A stretch of DNA of 59,032 nt, the filler included, from Actinomycetota bacterium (GTDB lineage Bacteria; Actinomycetota; Actinomycetes; JAKEEW01), in NCBI GenBank assembly GCA_046725875.1. It is 4 parts of 4 records of this genome, joined end to end, with 100 filler letters (N's around TTAATTAATTAA, not from the genome) between each part and the next. Parts side by side here need not be neighbours in the genome. Positions count along the whole stretch, not along the records: positions 1 to 13,617 come from JBKOZJ010000172.1; positions 13,718 to 35,324 come from JBKOZJ010000173.1; 2 more parts are not named here. One strand, 5' to 3'. This document shows, piece after piece, positions 10,335 through 23,391 of the stretch. Below the pieces are notes generated by a model, which saw only the letters and a program-made list of their open reading frames with translations, made no database searches and was not told the origin of the DNA. The position numbers were made by a program, and so were the translations under genes. The number at the start of each line of letters is the position of its first letter. The first letter of the stretch is position 1.

Positions 10335-11810
10335 TCATGCGGCCTCTTCGAGTGCGACCATTTCGCCCTCGGCGGGCACCGCGTCCGCGTTGCCAGGTTG
10401 AGCCGACCTGACGAGCGTGATCGCGATCAGCACGCCGAGCAGGAGCAGTCCGGTGAGCGCGTAGAGGGCGGTTTGGAAGCCGTGGTCGAGCGCCACGGGG
10501 CTCGCCGCGCTGATGGCGGGATGGGAGTCGACGTAGTGGCTGGTCGAGGTGGCGGCGATCGTGCTCGCCGCGGCGAGGCCGATTGCACCGCCGATCTGGC
10601 GGCTGGTGTTGATTAGACCCGAGGCGACACCTGCATCGGAGCGCTCGACACCGGTGAGGCTCGCAATTGTCACCGGGACGAACGAGAGGCCCATGCCGGC
10701 GCCGCCGAGCACGAAGGCAGGGAAGAGATCCCACAAGTAGTGCCCATCTACGGGCAGCCGCGTGAGCAGCGCGACGGACACGGCGGAGACGAGCAGGCCG
10801 GCGGTCAGGGTCAGCCGCACGCCCAGGCGGCCCACGATCACCTGTGCGACGTTCGAGACCACGACGACCGTGAGCGCAAAGGCGGTGAACGCGGCGCCAC
10901 TTTCCAGGGCCGAGTAGCCCAGGACCTCCTGCAGGTAGAGCGTCAGCAGGAAGAACTCGGAGAAGGCGACCGCGCCGACGATGGCCATCGCAGCATTCGC
11001 GGACGCGAGCGTGCGTAGACGGAAGATCCGCAGTGGCAGCAGCGGTGAGGGCGAGCGCAGCTCGACGGCGATGAACACGAGCACGAGAGCTGCCGCGCCG
11101 GCGAGGAGTGCAAGCGTCGTATCGGCACCCCAGCCATCGCTGGTTGCACGGGTCAGCGCGTAGACGAGCAACATCAGACCGGCGGTGATGGAGGCGGCGC
11201 CGGGAAAGTCGAAGTGGCGATGCGCCAGGCTGGCGCGGCTCTCCTGGAGTAGCAGCGGCGCGAGCGCGATTGCGGCGACGCCGACCGGCACGTTGATGAA
11301 GAAGATCCACGACCAGCTCAGGTATGACGTGAGCAACCCACCGAGCAGAACGCCAGCGGCGGCGCCGCTCCCTGATGCGGCGCCGTAGACCCCAAGCGCG
11401 AGATTACGTTCGCGGCCCTCCGCAAACGTCGTCATGAGCAGCGACAGCGCAGCCGGGGCGAGCAACGCGCCGCCGAGCCCCTGCACCGCGCGGAATGCGA
11501 TCAGCGAGCCCTCCGACCAGGCGAGGCCGCACAGGAGTGAGCTCGCGGCGAAGAGGGCAAGCCCGGCCTCAAACAGCCTGCGACGCCCGAGCAGATCGGC
11601 GAGCCGGCCGCCCAGGAGCAGGGCCCCACCAAAGAAGATCGCGTAGGCGGTGATGACCCACTGCAGGTTGGTCTGGGAGAAATCGAGATCTGCCTTGATC
11701 GAGGGCAGTGCCACGTTCACGATCGCAACGTCGAGAATGACCATGAACTGCGCCGTGACGATCAAAGCAAGCGCGCTCCAACGCCGGTCGCCCTTCGTGG
11801 TAAGACTCAC
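10335..11810 (-). CDS. DHA2 (EmrB/QacA-like) 14-TM MFS transporter
   Basis: LDVAIVNVALP, GRLADLLGRRR, WSWIFFINVPVG; AGGGAGG SD before GTG. Confidence 0.93.
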   Translation of the reverse strand: MSLTTKGDRRWSALALIVTAQFMVILDVAIVNVALPSIKADLDFSQTNLQWVITAYAIFFGGALLLGGRLADLLGRRRLFEAGLALFAASSLLCGLAWSEGSLIAFRAVQGLGGALLAPAALSLLMTTFAEGRERNLALGVYGAASGSGAAAGVLLGGLLTSYLSWSWIFFINVPVGVAAIALAPLLLQESRASLAHRHFDFPGAASITAGLMLLVYALTRATSDGWGADTTLALLAGAAALVLVFIAVELRSPSPLLPLRIFRLRTLASANAAMAIVGAVAFSEFFLLTLYLQEVLGYSALESGAAFTAFALTVVVVSNVAQVIVGRLGVRLTLTAGLLVSAVSVALLTRLPVDGHYLWDLFPAFVLGGAGMGLSFVPVTIASLTGVERSDAGVASGLINTSRQIGGAIGLAAASTIAATSTSHYVDSHPAISAASPVALDHGFQTALYALTGLLLLGVLIAITLVRSAQPGNADAVPAEGEMVALEEAA

Positions 11811-11829
11811 GTTGGTGTCCTCCCTAATC

Positions 11830-11844
11830 GTTGATGGCATCAAC
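11830..11844. promoter_or_regulatory. Putative MarR operator
   Basis: Perfect inverted repeat GTTGATG-G-CATCAAC between divergent MFS and MarR genes. Confidence 0.65.
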
Positions 11845-11885
11845 TGTATAGCAGGACAATCCTTGGTTGCGCTACTCTATTCCCG

Positions 11886-12392
11886 ATGACTGTCACCAGC
11901 CCGCCAGCGCCGGCGTCGACGGTTCCTCAGCTGCCTGAGGAGCTCGTCGCGTCCACCATGTTCCTGCTGAAGCGCCTTGGCTTTGCCGCCAGGGAGCGGG
12001 CGATGACAGCGTACGAGGGGACGGGCCTCCACCCCTACCACTACGCCGTCTTGCTCGTACTCGGCGAGGGTTCGCGCGAGACGCAGGGCGCGATCGCCGA
12101 CGCCCTCGGCTACGACCGCGGCCAGTTGGTTGGACTGCTCGACGAGCTCGAGGAGCAGGGACTCGTCGAGCGCCGGCGCGACCCCAACGACCGCCGCCGG
12201 CATCTCGTCCGCCTCACCCCGGACGGCAGGCGAACGCTGCGGCGGCTACGTGCACTCGCGCGTCAGATCGAGGACGACTTCCTAGCTCCCCTCAGCGACA
12301 AAGAGCGCGCGAACCTGCACACACTCCTGCTCCGCCTCGCCGAGAAACACGAGCCACGGTGTGCGGGCCTGACATCGTCCGCGTCCACCTGA
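11886..12392 (+). CDS. MarR-family regulator
   Basis: LEEQGLVERRRDPNDRRRHLVRLTPDG winged-helix signature. Confidence 0.93.
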   Translation: MTVTSPPAPASTVPQLPEELVASTMFLLKRLGFAARERAMTAYEGTGLHPYHYAVLLVLGEGSRETQGAIADALGYDRGQLVGLLDELEEQGLVERRRDPNDRRRHLVRLTPDGRRTLRRLRALARQIEDDFLAPLSDKERANLHTLLLRLAEKHEPRCAGLTSSAST

Positions 12393-12468
12393 GCTTTGCC
12401 TGGCCTAACGAGGTACCGTCTCACTAGTCAGGTGCCGTGCACTGGATTCTTTGGCTGACCGTTGTCAG

Positions 12469-12630
12469 CCGCTGCAGGAGCGGCGCCGCCGGGTGGATCA
12501 GGCGTTGTTCGCGGTGATGATGGAGGCCAACCTGCACGGCGTGGACGACCGGGTGCGGGCGTTGGGCGCCGACTCGGGATCTCCAAGTCGAGGTGTCCCG
12601 GATCTGTGCTGACCTCGACGTCGAGGTGCC
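12469..12630 (+). pseudogene. IS256-family transposase remnant
   Basis: ERRRRVDQALFAVMMEANLHGV..DD.VRALGADSG, ISKS, EVSRICADLDVEV across frameshifts. Confidence 0.8.
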
Positions 12631-12683
12631 ACCGCGTGGACGCAATGCCGGACGGTCGCGGTATGAACCGACCTGGACGGTTG

Positions 12684-13547
12684 TTACGTCGGGACGGGTT
12701 CGGATGTGTTCGTCCGATGGACGAACTCTGTGATCACCGGCCAGAAGCGGTCCGGTGCGTCCAGCCAGGTGAAGTGGCCGGCTGCGGGAACGACCTCGAG
12801 CCGGGCGATGCCGTCCGGCAGGGCGGTGACCGTCTCGTCTGCGGCGGCGATGGGTGTCACCGGGTCGAGCTCGCCGACCGACACCAGCGTAGGGGCGTCG
12901 ACTCGGCTCAGCTGGTCGAGGATGTCGAGACGGCGGATCAGATCCATGCCGTTCGTGTTGAGCTCGAGATTCTTCGGCACCCGCGCGTGGCGCTGTTGGT
13001 CCGGGCGGTGCGGGCCGAAGGCGGCGAAGACGCGAGCCCACTCTCGGTCGGACACCTCCTCGCCGGTGTAGCTGCGGTCGGCGAGCTGCGCGATCTCGTC
13101 ACCCGCGACGCGGCGGAAGGACTCGACCAGGCGCTGGTGGTGCCAGCGCGCGAATCCCGACTGGATGATGAGCCCGGCGGCGTGCCCCGGGTGGCGGGCG
13201 CCGTACAACAGGACCACCGGCCCGCCCATCGAGTGCCCGAACACGATCGGGCGGTCGATCCCGACGGCGTCGCAGAAGTGGCGTACGTCGTCCGCGCAGC
13301 TCTCGAAGCTCCACGCGGCCGGGTCGCCCCAGGCGGACCGGCCGTGCCCGCGCAGATCGAGGTAGACGACCTGCGCGTGTTCGGCGAGCCGGGCGAAGTC
13401 CGGTTTGAGGTACGAGTGGTCGTAGACCCCGGGCCCGCCGTGGACCAGCAGGACCGTCGGGCGCCGCCGCAGCTCGCTTCCGTCCGGCACGAGCGCCGGC
13501 CCGGCCACGTCGAACCACAGTCGTGTCCCGTTCACGTCGATGTGCAT
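12684..13547 (-). CDS. Alpha/beta hydrolase (proline iminopeptidase-like)
   Basis: HGGPG, DLRGHGRS, GHSMGG, D and GH catalytic motifs; GGAGG SD. Confidence 0.9.
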   Translation of the reverse strand: MHIDVNGTRLWFDVAGPALVPDGSELRRRPTVLLVHGGPGVYDHSYLKPDFARLAEHAQVVYLDLRGHGRSAWGDPAAWSFESCADDVRHFCDAVGIDRPIVFGHSMGGPVVLLYGARHPGHAAGLIIQSGFARWHHQRLVESFRRVAGDEIAQLADRSYTGEEVSDREWARVFAAFGPHRPDQQRHARVPKNLELNTNGMDLIRRLDILDQLSRVDAPTLVSVGELDPVTPIAAADETVTALPDGIARLEVVPAAGHFTWLDAPDRFWPVITEFVHRTNTSEPVPT

Positions 13548-13617
13548 CGTGCTGTTCCTCCAGTCATCCCGGCCCTGGCCGCCGACGTACCCGATTCGGC
13601 GGCTGGCGTCTGAACGC

Positions 13618-13717
13618 NNNNNNNNNNNNNNNNNNNNNNNNNNNNNNNNNNNNNNNNNNNNTTAATTAATTAANNNNNNNNNNNNNNNNNNNNNNNNNNN
13701 NNNNNNNNNNNNNNNNN
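13618..13717. other. Artificial contig linker
   Basis: 44 N + TTAATTAATTAA (stops in six frames) + 44 N. Confidence 0.98.
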
Positions 13718-16700
13718 GTCCGTGGCACAGCAGGCGTACTCCGGGATCTCCATCCGGGTGATCGAAACGGCCCGCTCGCAGTCGTACTCACTCCCCGGTC
13801 AGGAAACGCGTGGCGAGCAGGCCGAACTCACTACCTTCGCGATGTACGACGGCATCCAGGATCGCGCCGACCTCACCGTCGGCCGCTGGCCGCAGTCGAC
13901 GCAGCCCGACTCGGCTGCCGTCGAGGCCGCCTTCCCGTCTGCCACGGCCGAGGACGCCCGGCTGACCACCGGGAAGACCTACATGATCGTCAACCGAATC
14001 GACCACAAGCCGCTGCGGGTAACCGTCACGGGCCTTTACCGGCCCAAGGACGCGCAGGATCCGTTCTGGTCGGCCGACCCTCTCGCGGCCGCCGGCGTGC
14101 AGCGGCTGTCGTACACGACCTTCGGTCCGCTGATCGTGGATCGCGCGACGTTCCTCTCCCGATTCGGCGGCGAACTGACCGCGGTCTGGCAAGTCCTCCC
14201 TGATCTGGCCGGCATCTCATCCAGCGAGGTCGGCGCGCTCCGAAGCACCGGCGAGATCCTCGAGTCGGAGCTGGATGCCAACCAGGCAGGCGGCCAGGTG
14301 ACCACCTCGACGGGAGTATCCGAGCTGGCGGCGCAGCTGGACAGCGCGGCACTCGTGGCCCGGTCGACGATGCTCATCCCGGTTCTCCAGCTCGCGGTGC
14401 TCGCCGCGTACGCGCTGCTGCTGACCGCGAGGTTGATCAGTGACCATCGCCGGCCGGAGCTCGCACTCTTGCGTGCGCGCGGCGCCGACGCGGGCCAGCT
14501 CGCCGCGTTGTCGCTGCGCGAAGGGCTGCTGCTCGCCGCGCCTGCGGCGGTCCTCGCGCCGCTGCTTGCCAGCCCGATCCTGCACCTCGTTAATACCAGC
14601 CCGACGGTCCGGGCCGCTGGGCTGACGGTGGACAGCAGCCTGAAGCTGTCCAGCTGGATGGTGGCAGCCACTGCGGCGGGGCTGTGCGCGATCGCACTAA
14701 CCGTGCCGACGTTGCGCGACGTATCGAAGACCTACGTGGAAACCCAGCAGGCGCGCGGCCGCGGCGAGCGTCGCTCTCTCGCCCAGCAAGCCGGCGCGGA
14801 CGTCGCGATCCTTGCGATAGCCGTGCTCGGGTTCTGGCAGCTCCGCCGCTACGGCAGCCCGGTCACCGCGACTGTCACACAAGCGGAGGTCGGGGGCCTG
14901 GGCATCGACCCACTCTTGGTGGCAGGCCCGGCCATCGGCCTTGTGGCCGGCGGCCTTCTTGCGCTGCGCCTCGTCCCGATACTTTCTGGTGGGGCCGAGC
15001 GGCTGACCTCCCGCGGGCCCGGGTTGGCGTCGGCGCTCGGGGCATGGCAGGTCGCCCGCCGGCCGCTTCGTTATGCCGGACCCGCGCTTTTGCTCGTTAT
15101 GGCGATGGCGGTCGGCGTGCTCTCGCTGACGGCTTCGTCGACCTGGCGAAAGTCGCAGAACGACCAGGCCGACCTGGCGGCGGGAGCCGACCTCCGGGTC
15201 ATGGGGAAGACCGGAACGAGCGCGCTCACAGTGCTCGGACAGGGTGGTCGGCTAGCCGTGTTGCCGGGGGTAACGGCCATCACGCCCGCCTACCGCCTCG
15301 CCGGTGCAGTTGGAGCACGGAGTGTCGACATCCTCGCGCTCGACGCGGACAAGCTCGCCGACATCGCAACGCTGCGGGCCGACCTGCAACCCGACGTTGT
15401 CGCCGACTTCGACCGATCGGGGGACGGCCGGGGTGGCCTGGCGGAAGCCGCGAAGGCACTTGGTGGTGCCCGCCCGCCGCTGGTCGCCATTCCACTCCCC
15501 GGCGAGCCCACGGCCGTGGGACTGGAGATGCGCGCCGCGCCCAGCCGGGGATCGTACGACGGGCGCCACGCCGTACTCGTCGACGCTCTTATCACGGACG
15601 CGTTTGGGGTGACGTACTCCGTGCGCGCCGGCAACGTGGACGGCGACGGCACGTCGCACGCGCTGTCTGTCGACCTTCGTGAACTTGCCGGCTCCAACGG
15701 ACGGCTCGCCTATCCGCTCGAGCTGCAGGGTCTGCGACTTACCTACTCAGCGGCGGCCGACGGAAACATAGAGCCGATGAGCGTCACCGTGGACCGGATC
15801 ACCGCCAAGGCGGCGGACGGCGACGAGCAGTCGCTTGGCGATGTTCGGGGGAAGTGGCTTCGGGCGCCTGGACTAGCACCGACGACGGATGGGCGCAGCC
15901 TGGTCAAGGCAGAGATCAGAATGGTGGACCCGACCGCGCGGGTGGCAGCGCCAACCGGCTTCGGGACGAACAGCATGGCAACGTACCTCCTGATCGGAGC
16001 GGCGTCCGGACGTATGGAGGTGACGGCAGGCGGCGTGCAGACCGGCTTCGGACCGAACCGGCCGGAAAATCCCAAGCCCGTCAGGGCGCTGGTCACGCCC
16101 GCACTGCTCGATACCGTCGAGCCCGCCGGAACCGAGGGTTCGAACACTCGATTGGGCGGAAGCATCACACTGACCCTCAATGGAAGGCAGCTGCCGGTGC
16201 AGGTCGCCGGTGTCATAGGAGCCCTACCCGGAACCGCCGCCGGTCGGCAAGGCATCTTGGTTGATACTCGAACGCTGAGTGCAGCGCGCCTTGTCGCCGC
16301 CGGCGAGATATATCCGGTTAGCGATTGGTGGATTGCTACGAATGACCGCGGCGCCGGCCCGGCTGCAACTGCCCTGAAGTCGAACCCGAACCTCGCCGAC
16401 TCGTTCGTCGACTGGCAGGCACTTCGATCCGCAAAGCGCGATGACCCGCTCGGTAGCGGCCTGCAGGGTGCGTTGTTCCTCGGCTTTCTCGCCGCATTCG
16501 CATTCGCCGCGATCGGCTTTGCGGTCAACGCCGCAGTGTCGGCGCGGGAGCGGATGACCGAGTTCGCCTTGATGCGAGCCCTAGGAATCAGCTCTCGGCA
16601 AGTGTTCGGTCTGCTCGGGGTGGAGCAGACATTCCTCGTCACCCTTGGCGTCCTCGGCGGCATCGCGTTGGGCGTCGCAGTTTCGCGGCTCGTGATCCCA

Positions 16701-16886
16701 CACATCGTGCTGACCGCCCAAGCTACGGCGGTCTCGCCGCCGGTGATCTTGTCTACTCCGTGGCTTTGGATCGCGGTTCTGGCGGTCGCGGTCATGGCCG
16801 CACTCGGCGCCATCGTCGGGGTGCTTGCGGCGTCGCTGCGGCGCGGTGGCCTCGGCGCCACCCTCCGAATCGGGGAGGACCGATGA
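13718..16886 (+). CDS. FtsX-like ABC transporter permease, 5'-partial
   Basis: Two RRPELALLRARGA / ERMTEFALMRALG motifs with TM clusters; starts at the contig edge. Confidence 0.88.
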
Positions 16887-19630
16887 GCTTCCTCCCGCTG
16901 GCGGTACGGCAGGTGCGGGCAATCCGCGGAGTCCTGGCAACGCTGGGTCTGCTCGTGCTGGTGACCACGTTCGTTGTCTCAGCCGCCCCAGCGGCGCTAG
17001 CTCGCGTGTACAACTCTGCCGTGCACGATCTGCTCGACCGTACTCCCGCAATCGTCAAGGATGTCCGGGTCATTGCGCGACCGGTTCCCGGGGTTGGACC
17101 GAGCGGCTCGGCGCAGCTTGTCGCACCACAGAGCGTCTCCGGCATCGAGATGGAAGCGCGGTTCCTCACCGTAGAGCAACCCCCGCGGCTGGCCAGTGAG
17201 GTCCAGCCCGCGACCTACATCGTTCGCACGCTCCAGCGTGAGACGTCGGGCAACGTCCTCTTCAACGTGTCACAGTCGCCGTCCAAGACTCCGAACCTCC
17301 ACCTGGCCTCCGAGCTTCGCGACGGCTTCGAAGACAACGTCCGCTACATCAGCGGCGGCGCGCCGACTCCACCGGGTTCGTACGTTCTCCGAGGCGGCGG
17401 CGAGCCACCCAAGGAGCTACCGCGGCTCGACATCGTGCTCTCGGCGCGAACGGCCGAGACCGCACGGCTCTCCGTGGGCGACGTCGCGATCGTCGACGTG
17501 TCTGATGTCCCCGTCGCGGCGTTCCGGGTCAGCGGCCTATTCGAGCCGGTCGATCCGGACTCTTCCTATTGGGCGTTTGACCAGCAGCCGCTTGCGGCGA
17601 GCATCCAGGCGCCGCCCGGCGATCCGGGGGGCGACCCGCTCGTTATCGCTACCGGTGTGATCGGCCCAGACTCGTATCCCCGCTGGTTCAAGGCCATTGG
17701 CAGTGGCGTCGAGTTCGTGTGGCGGTTTCCGCCGGACCAGAACAAGATCCTAGCGAGTGACACCGGACCGGTCGTCGAGGCAATCGACCAGTACACGTTG
17801 CGGGTATCGTCAAGCGGCAGCAGCACGCTGCCGACCAGGCTCGAGACCGGCCTGGGCGACGTGTTGAGCGAGTTCGCCGGGCAGTTGCGAACCGCGAAGG
17901 CTGTTATGGGCATCGCTGTGGTCGGGTTGCTCGCGGTTGCGCTTGTCGTTGTCGCGCTCGCGGCGCGGCTGGTCGCCGAGCGGCGACGGGACAGCTTCGC
18001 CCTGGTGCGGGCCCGCGGCAGCTCGCTGCGGCAGCTCGTCCTGCTTGTGCTCACGGAGACCGCGATGGTCACCGTTCCGGCCGCGGCGCTCGGCTATGCC
18101 GCAGCCATGCTGACGGTAGGTACGACTGACGCGCCCGCGTCGTGGCGGCTGGCGCTCCTGGTGCTGGCCCTCACGCTGGCGTTCGCCGTTGGTAACGCCC
18201 TCTACCAGCATTGGCGGGCCGGTCGGGTCCAGCGCCGCGACATCGTTGCTGTTCGGCCATCCAAGCGCAGGGTCGTACTCGAAGGCCTGACCGTGCTCCT
18301 CGCGGTGCTCGGTGTGGTGCTCCTGAACCGTCGGGGGCTCACCACGCGGGCGGCGGACCAAGGCGCCGATCCCTTCCTGGTCGCGGTACCGGTCCTGCTC
18401 GGCCTCGCGGCCGGACTTCTGGCGTTGCGCCTTTATCCGTACCCCTTGCGCTGGCTCGGCGGGCTGGTCGGACGCTGGCGGTCGGCCGTCCCCTTTCTAG
18501 GCGTGGCCCGAGCCAGCCGGGAGACGCTGGCCTCCACGCTGCCCCTGCTCGCGGTGTTGCTCGGCCTCGGGCTGGGCGTGTTCGGGTCGCTACTCGACCA
18601 GGGTCTGGCCCGGGCCCAGGAAAACCGCGCGTGGCGCGATGCCGGAGCCGACATTCAGGTACGCAAACAAGGCATCGAGCCAGCCCAAATCGAGCGGATT
18701 CGCGAGCTCAGCGGGATCACGGCCGTCGTCCCGGCCGTCATCAACGACGACGGGGTGCTGCGCGGGGCTCGAGAGGAGCCGGTCGTAGCCGTGGCGATCG
18801 ACCTGGACGCCTACCGAACGCTGGTGGCCGGGTCCCCACTCAGCGCGCCGGAAGGCACCCAATCCGGCGGACGAAGTGACGGGAGGCTCCACATCCTCGT
18901 GTCGCCGCGCCTGGAGGAAACGCCTCCTCAGGGTGGCCGCCTGCTGCTGGACTGGCCATCCCTCGGTGTGCGCGAAGAAGTGATAATCGACGGCACGGTC
19001 GACGCATTCCCGACCCTGGAGAATGCCCCCGCGCTTGCCGTCGCTCCGTACCGCACCTTTGTCAACACCTACGACGCGCCTATGACCAACGCCTTGTTCA
19101 TCGGCGGCACGGGCGACCTCGAACAGATCCGGAAGATCGTGGGGAGTGACGCGTTCATCACCGGGCGGGAGCAGCGCTTCAAGGAGATCCACGAGTCACC
19201 GCTGGCAAACGGTGTCCGCAACGTATTCGCGGCCGGAGTGCTTGTGCTTGGTGCCTTCTGTGCGCTTGCAATCCTGCTCGCGCTCGTGGTCGGCGCGGAG
19301 TCCCGCTCCCGGGCGGTTGCCTACCTGCGTACCCTCGGTCTGAGCCGGCGGCAGTCCCGCGGGCTGGTGTTGCTCGAGGTGGGACCGCTGGTGGCGCTCG
19401 CCGTGCTCGGCGGACTGGTGCTGGGGCTGATACTGCCGCATGTCGTCGGACCGGCCGTTGACCTTCGCCCATACACCGGCGGCGAGAGGGTGACCGGCTA
19501 CCCGGTGGCGCCGTTCGAGCTCGGTGTCCTCGTCGGCGGCCTGGTCGGCCTCGCTGCCGTGGCGATACTCGTTGAAGTGGCCGTGAACCGCCGGCGCGGT
19601 CTCGGGGCCACGCTGAGAGTTGGTGAATGA
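16883..19630 (+). CDS. FtsX-like ABC transporter permease
   Basis: RRDSFALVRARGSS and AYLRTLGLS motifs; ATGA overlap with upstream gene. Confidence 0.88.
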   Translation: MSFLPLAVRQVRAIRGVLATLGLLVLVTTFVVSAAPAALARVYNSAVHDLLDRTPAIVKDVRVIARPVPGVGPSGSAQLVAPQSVSGIEMEARFLTVEQPPRLASEVQPATYIVRTLQRETSGNVLFNVSQSPSKTPNLHLASELRDGFEDNVRYISGGAPTPPGSYVLRGGGEPPKELPRLDIVLSARTAETARLSVGDVAIVDVSDVPVAAFRVSGLFEPVDPDSSYWAFDQQPLAASIQAPPGDPGGDPLVIATGVIGPDSYPRWFKAIGSGVEFVWRFPPDQNKILASDTGPVVEAIDQYTLRVSSSGSSTLPTRLETGLGDVLSEFAGQLRTAKAVMGIAVVGLLAVALVVVALAARLVAERRRDSFALVRARGSSLRQLVLLVLTETAMVTVPAAALGYAAAMLTVGTTDAPASWRLALLVLALTLAFAVGNALYQHWRAGRVQRRDIVAVRPSKRRVVLEGLTVLLAVLGVVLLNRRGLTTRAADQGADPFLVAVPVLLGLAAGLLALRLYPYPLRWLGGLVGRWRSAVPFLGVARASRETLASTLPLLAVLLGLGLGVFGSLLDQGLARAQENRAWRDAGADIQVRKQGIEPAQIERIRELSGITAVVPAVINDDGVLRGAREEPVVAVAIDLDAYRTLVAGSPLSAPEGTQSGGRSDGRLHILVSPRLEETPPQGGRLLLDWPSLGVREEVIIDGTVDAFPTLENAPALAVAPYRTFVNTYDAPMTNALFIGGTGDLEQIRKIVGSDAFITGREQRFKEIHESPLANGVRNVFAAGVLVLGAFCALAILLALVVGAESRSRAVAYLRTLGLSRRQSRGLVLLEVGPLVALAVLGGLVLGLILPHVVGPAVDLRPYTGGERVTGYPVAPFELGVLVGGLVGLAAVAILVEVAVNRRRGLGATLRVGE

Positions 19631-19631
19631 G

Positions 19632-20654
19632 ATGGCAGACCAAGCGCTGGACCTAAGCGAGCTCGAGCGGCACGCGACCGCAGCCCGCCAGGTCTTCGGC
19701 GAGCATGCCCACATCGTCTGCGACAACCTGGTGCGGATCTACAAGACCGAGGGCATCGAGGTCGTCGCGCTACAGGGGCTGGACCTGCTGGTCGACCAGG
19801 GCGAGTTCATCGCGCTCGTCGGCGCGTCCGGGTCGGGCAAGTCGACGCTCCTGAACATCCTGTCCGGGCTCGACGTGCCGACCGCGGGCACCGCGCGGGT
19901 GGCCGGCAGCGACCTGCTGACCATGTCGGCGAAGGAGCGCCTGCGCTATCGCCGGGAGGTCGTCGGCTTCGTCTGGCAGCAGACTGCACGCAACCTGCTG
20001 TCCTACCTGACCGCCGTGGAGAACGTCGAGCTGCCCATGCGCTTCACCGGCGTTCCTCGGATCGACCGGCGCGACCGAGCCGAGGAGCTGCTCGAGCTGA
20101 TGGGCGTCGACTACTGCGCGGACCGCCGCCCCGCCGAGATCTCCGGAGGCGAGCAGCAGCGGGTCGCCATCGCCGTCGCGGCCGCCAACGAGCCCGAGGT
20201 CATCCTCGCCGACGAGCCCACCGGCGAGCTGGACACCTCGACCGCGACGGAGGTCTTCGACGCGTTCCGCAAGGCCAACCGGGAGCTCGGCGTCACCGCC
20301 GTCGTCGTCACCCACGACCCGCTCGTCTCCGAGCAGGTCGACCGGACCATCGGGATTCGCGACGGCCGCACGAGCAGCGAAGTGCTCCGCCGAACCGAGC
20401 TCGACGAACACGGCAAGGAGGAGATCATCGCCGAAGAGTACGCCGTGCTCGACCGCGCCGGCCGGGTCCAGCTCCCCCGCGAGTTCACCACTGCCCTGGA
20501 GATGGAGCGCCGGGTCAGGCTGGCGCTCGAACGAGACCATATCAGGGTCTGGCCCGACCACGCCCGCCGATCGGCATGGACCACCGGCTCCGGGCATCAG
20601 GCTGCGGGGTCGGGCCGGGTGAGCTACGACGACGAGGAGCGCGACGGTGAGTAA
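19632..20654 (+). CDS. ABC transporter ATP-binding protein (LolD/MacB-type)
   Basis: GASGSGKS, ISGGEQQR, ADEPTG; C-terminal VLDRAGRVQLP AbrB-like tail. Confidence 0.93.
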   Translation: MADQALDLSELERHATAARQVFGEHAHIVCDNLVRIYKTEGIEVVALQGLDLLVDQGEFIALVGASGSGKSTLLNILSGLDVPTAGTARVAGSDLLTMSAKERLRYRREVVGFVWQQTARNLLSYLTAVENVELPMRFTGVPRIDRRDRAEELLELMGVDYCADRRPAEISGGEQQRVAIAVAAANEPEVILADEPTGELDTSTATEVFDAFRKANRELGVTAVVVTHDPLVSEQVDRTIGIRDGRTSSEVLRRTELDEHGKEEIIAEEYAVLDRAGRVQLPREFTTALEMERRVRLALERDHIRVWPDHARRSAWTTGSGHQAAGSGRVSYDDEERDGE

Positions 20655-21474
20655 GTACGAGCCGGAGCGGGCGCTCCCGGACGCCGAGGTGGACGCGGAG
20701 TACGAGCTGCAGCCCACATCTCGCTCCGCTGAGTCTGAGATGGGTCGGTACCCGCCCGAGCCTGCACCCGGCTTCGACGGCCCCATGGTCGTCGTGGAGT
20801 CGTTGAACAAGACTTACCGGAGCGGCGCAGCCGAGGTGCATGCGCTTCGGGACGCCACCTTCACAGTCCCTCGGGGGCAGCTGCTCGCCGTCCGCGGCCG
20901 GTCAGGCTCGGGCAAGACCACGCTGCTCAACCTGATCGGCGGGCTGGACTCGCCCGACTCCGGCCGGGCCAACGTCGACGGCAAGGAGGTCACCGCGCTC
21001 GACGAGGACGGCCTGCTTGCGTTGCGCCGGAACACAGTCGGCTTCGTCTTTCAGTCCTTCGGACTGATTCCGGTGCTGTCCGCCGCGGAGAACGTGGGTG
21101 TTCCAATGCGGTTGGTTCGCACCCCGCCGGCCGACCGAGAGGCGCGGGTCGACCTGCTGCTCGGCCTGGTCGGACTGCGTGATCACGCGGACCAGCGCCC
21201 GTACGAGCTCTCCGGTGGCCAGCAGCAACGAGTTGCAATCGCTCGGGCGCTCGCCAACCGGCCGCAGCTGCTGATCGCAGACGAGCCGACCGGCCAGCTC
21301 GACTCGCAGACCGGGCGCGCGATCATGCAGCTCATTCAGGCAGTGGTGCGTAGCCAGGAGGTGACCGCGATCGTGGCCACCCACGACCCGATCCTGCTCA
21401 ACCTCGCCGACCGGGTCATCGAGCTCCGCGACGGCGCGATCGTCAGCGATCAGCCGACCACCGTGGCCGCGTGA
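20647..21474 (+). CDS. ABC transporter ATP-binding protein (LolD-type)
   Basis: [22 protein letters not shown]; start uncertain. Confidence 0.92.
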   Translation: MSKYEPERALPDAEVDAEYELQPTSRSAESEMGRYPPEPAPGFDGPMVVVESLNKTYRSGAAEVHALRDATFTVPRGQLLAVRGRSGSGKTTLLNLIGGLDSPDSGRANVDGKEVTALDEDGLLALRRNTVGFVFQSFGLIPVLSAAENVGVPMRLVRTPPADREARVDLLLGLVGLRDHADQRPYELSGGQQQRVAIARALANRPQLLIADEPTGQLDSQTGRAIMQLIQAVVRSQEVTAIVATHDPILLNLADRVIELRDGAIVSDQPTTVAA

Positions 21475-21607
21475 ATGCGAACTGGCGTCCTACCTTGCAC
21501 AGGACCGCACTGCGCCATGCCGCGTAAGGTGCTTTGCGCCCGGTCGCGGGGGCGCGAACGGGGCGAATCGGGCAGCTGGAACCGCCTACCGGGCGTAAAG
21601 CCGGTTG

Positions 21608-23272
<1,665 letters not shown>

Positions 23273-23391
23273 GCGTCCAGCTTAGGAGGCGACCCTCACT
23301 ATCTGCACAACGAAGATCGGAGATCGGTCGGTGGTGCGGCGCCGCGCGCTCGGGGAGCTGGGCGGGTGCCGGTCGATGCGAGGATCGGCGG

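Noticed and set aside
7547..13547. Biosynthetic or resistance gene cluster (O-methyltransferase, APH-like kinase, MFS, hydrolase)
   Set aside because: No core synthase, mixed orientations, and genes separated by mobile-element debris
13618..13717. TTAATTAATTAA palindrome inside N runs (also at 35325-35424 and 50653-50752)
   Set aside because: Identical 100-nt synthetic six-frame-stop linkers; not biological, and genes on either side are not neighbours
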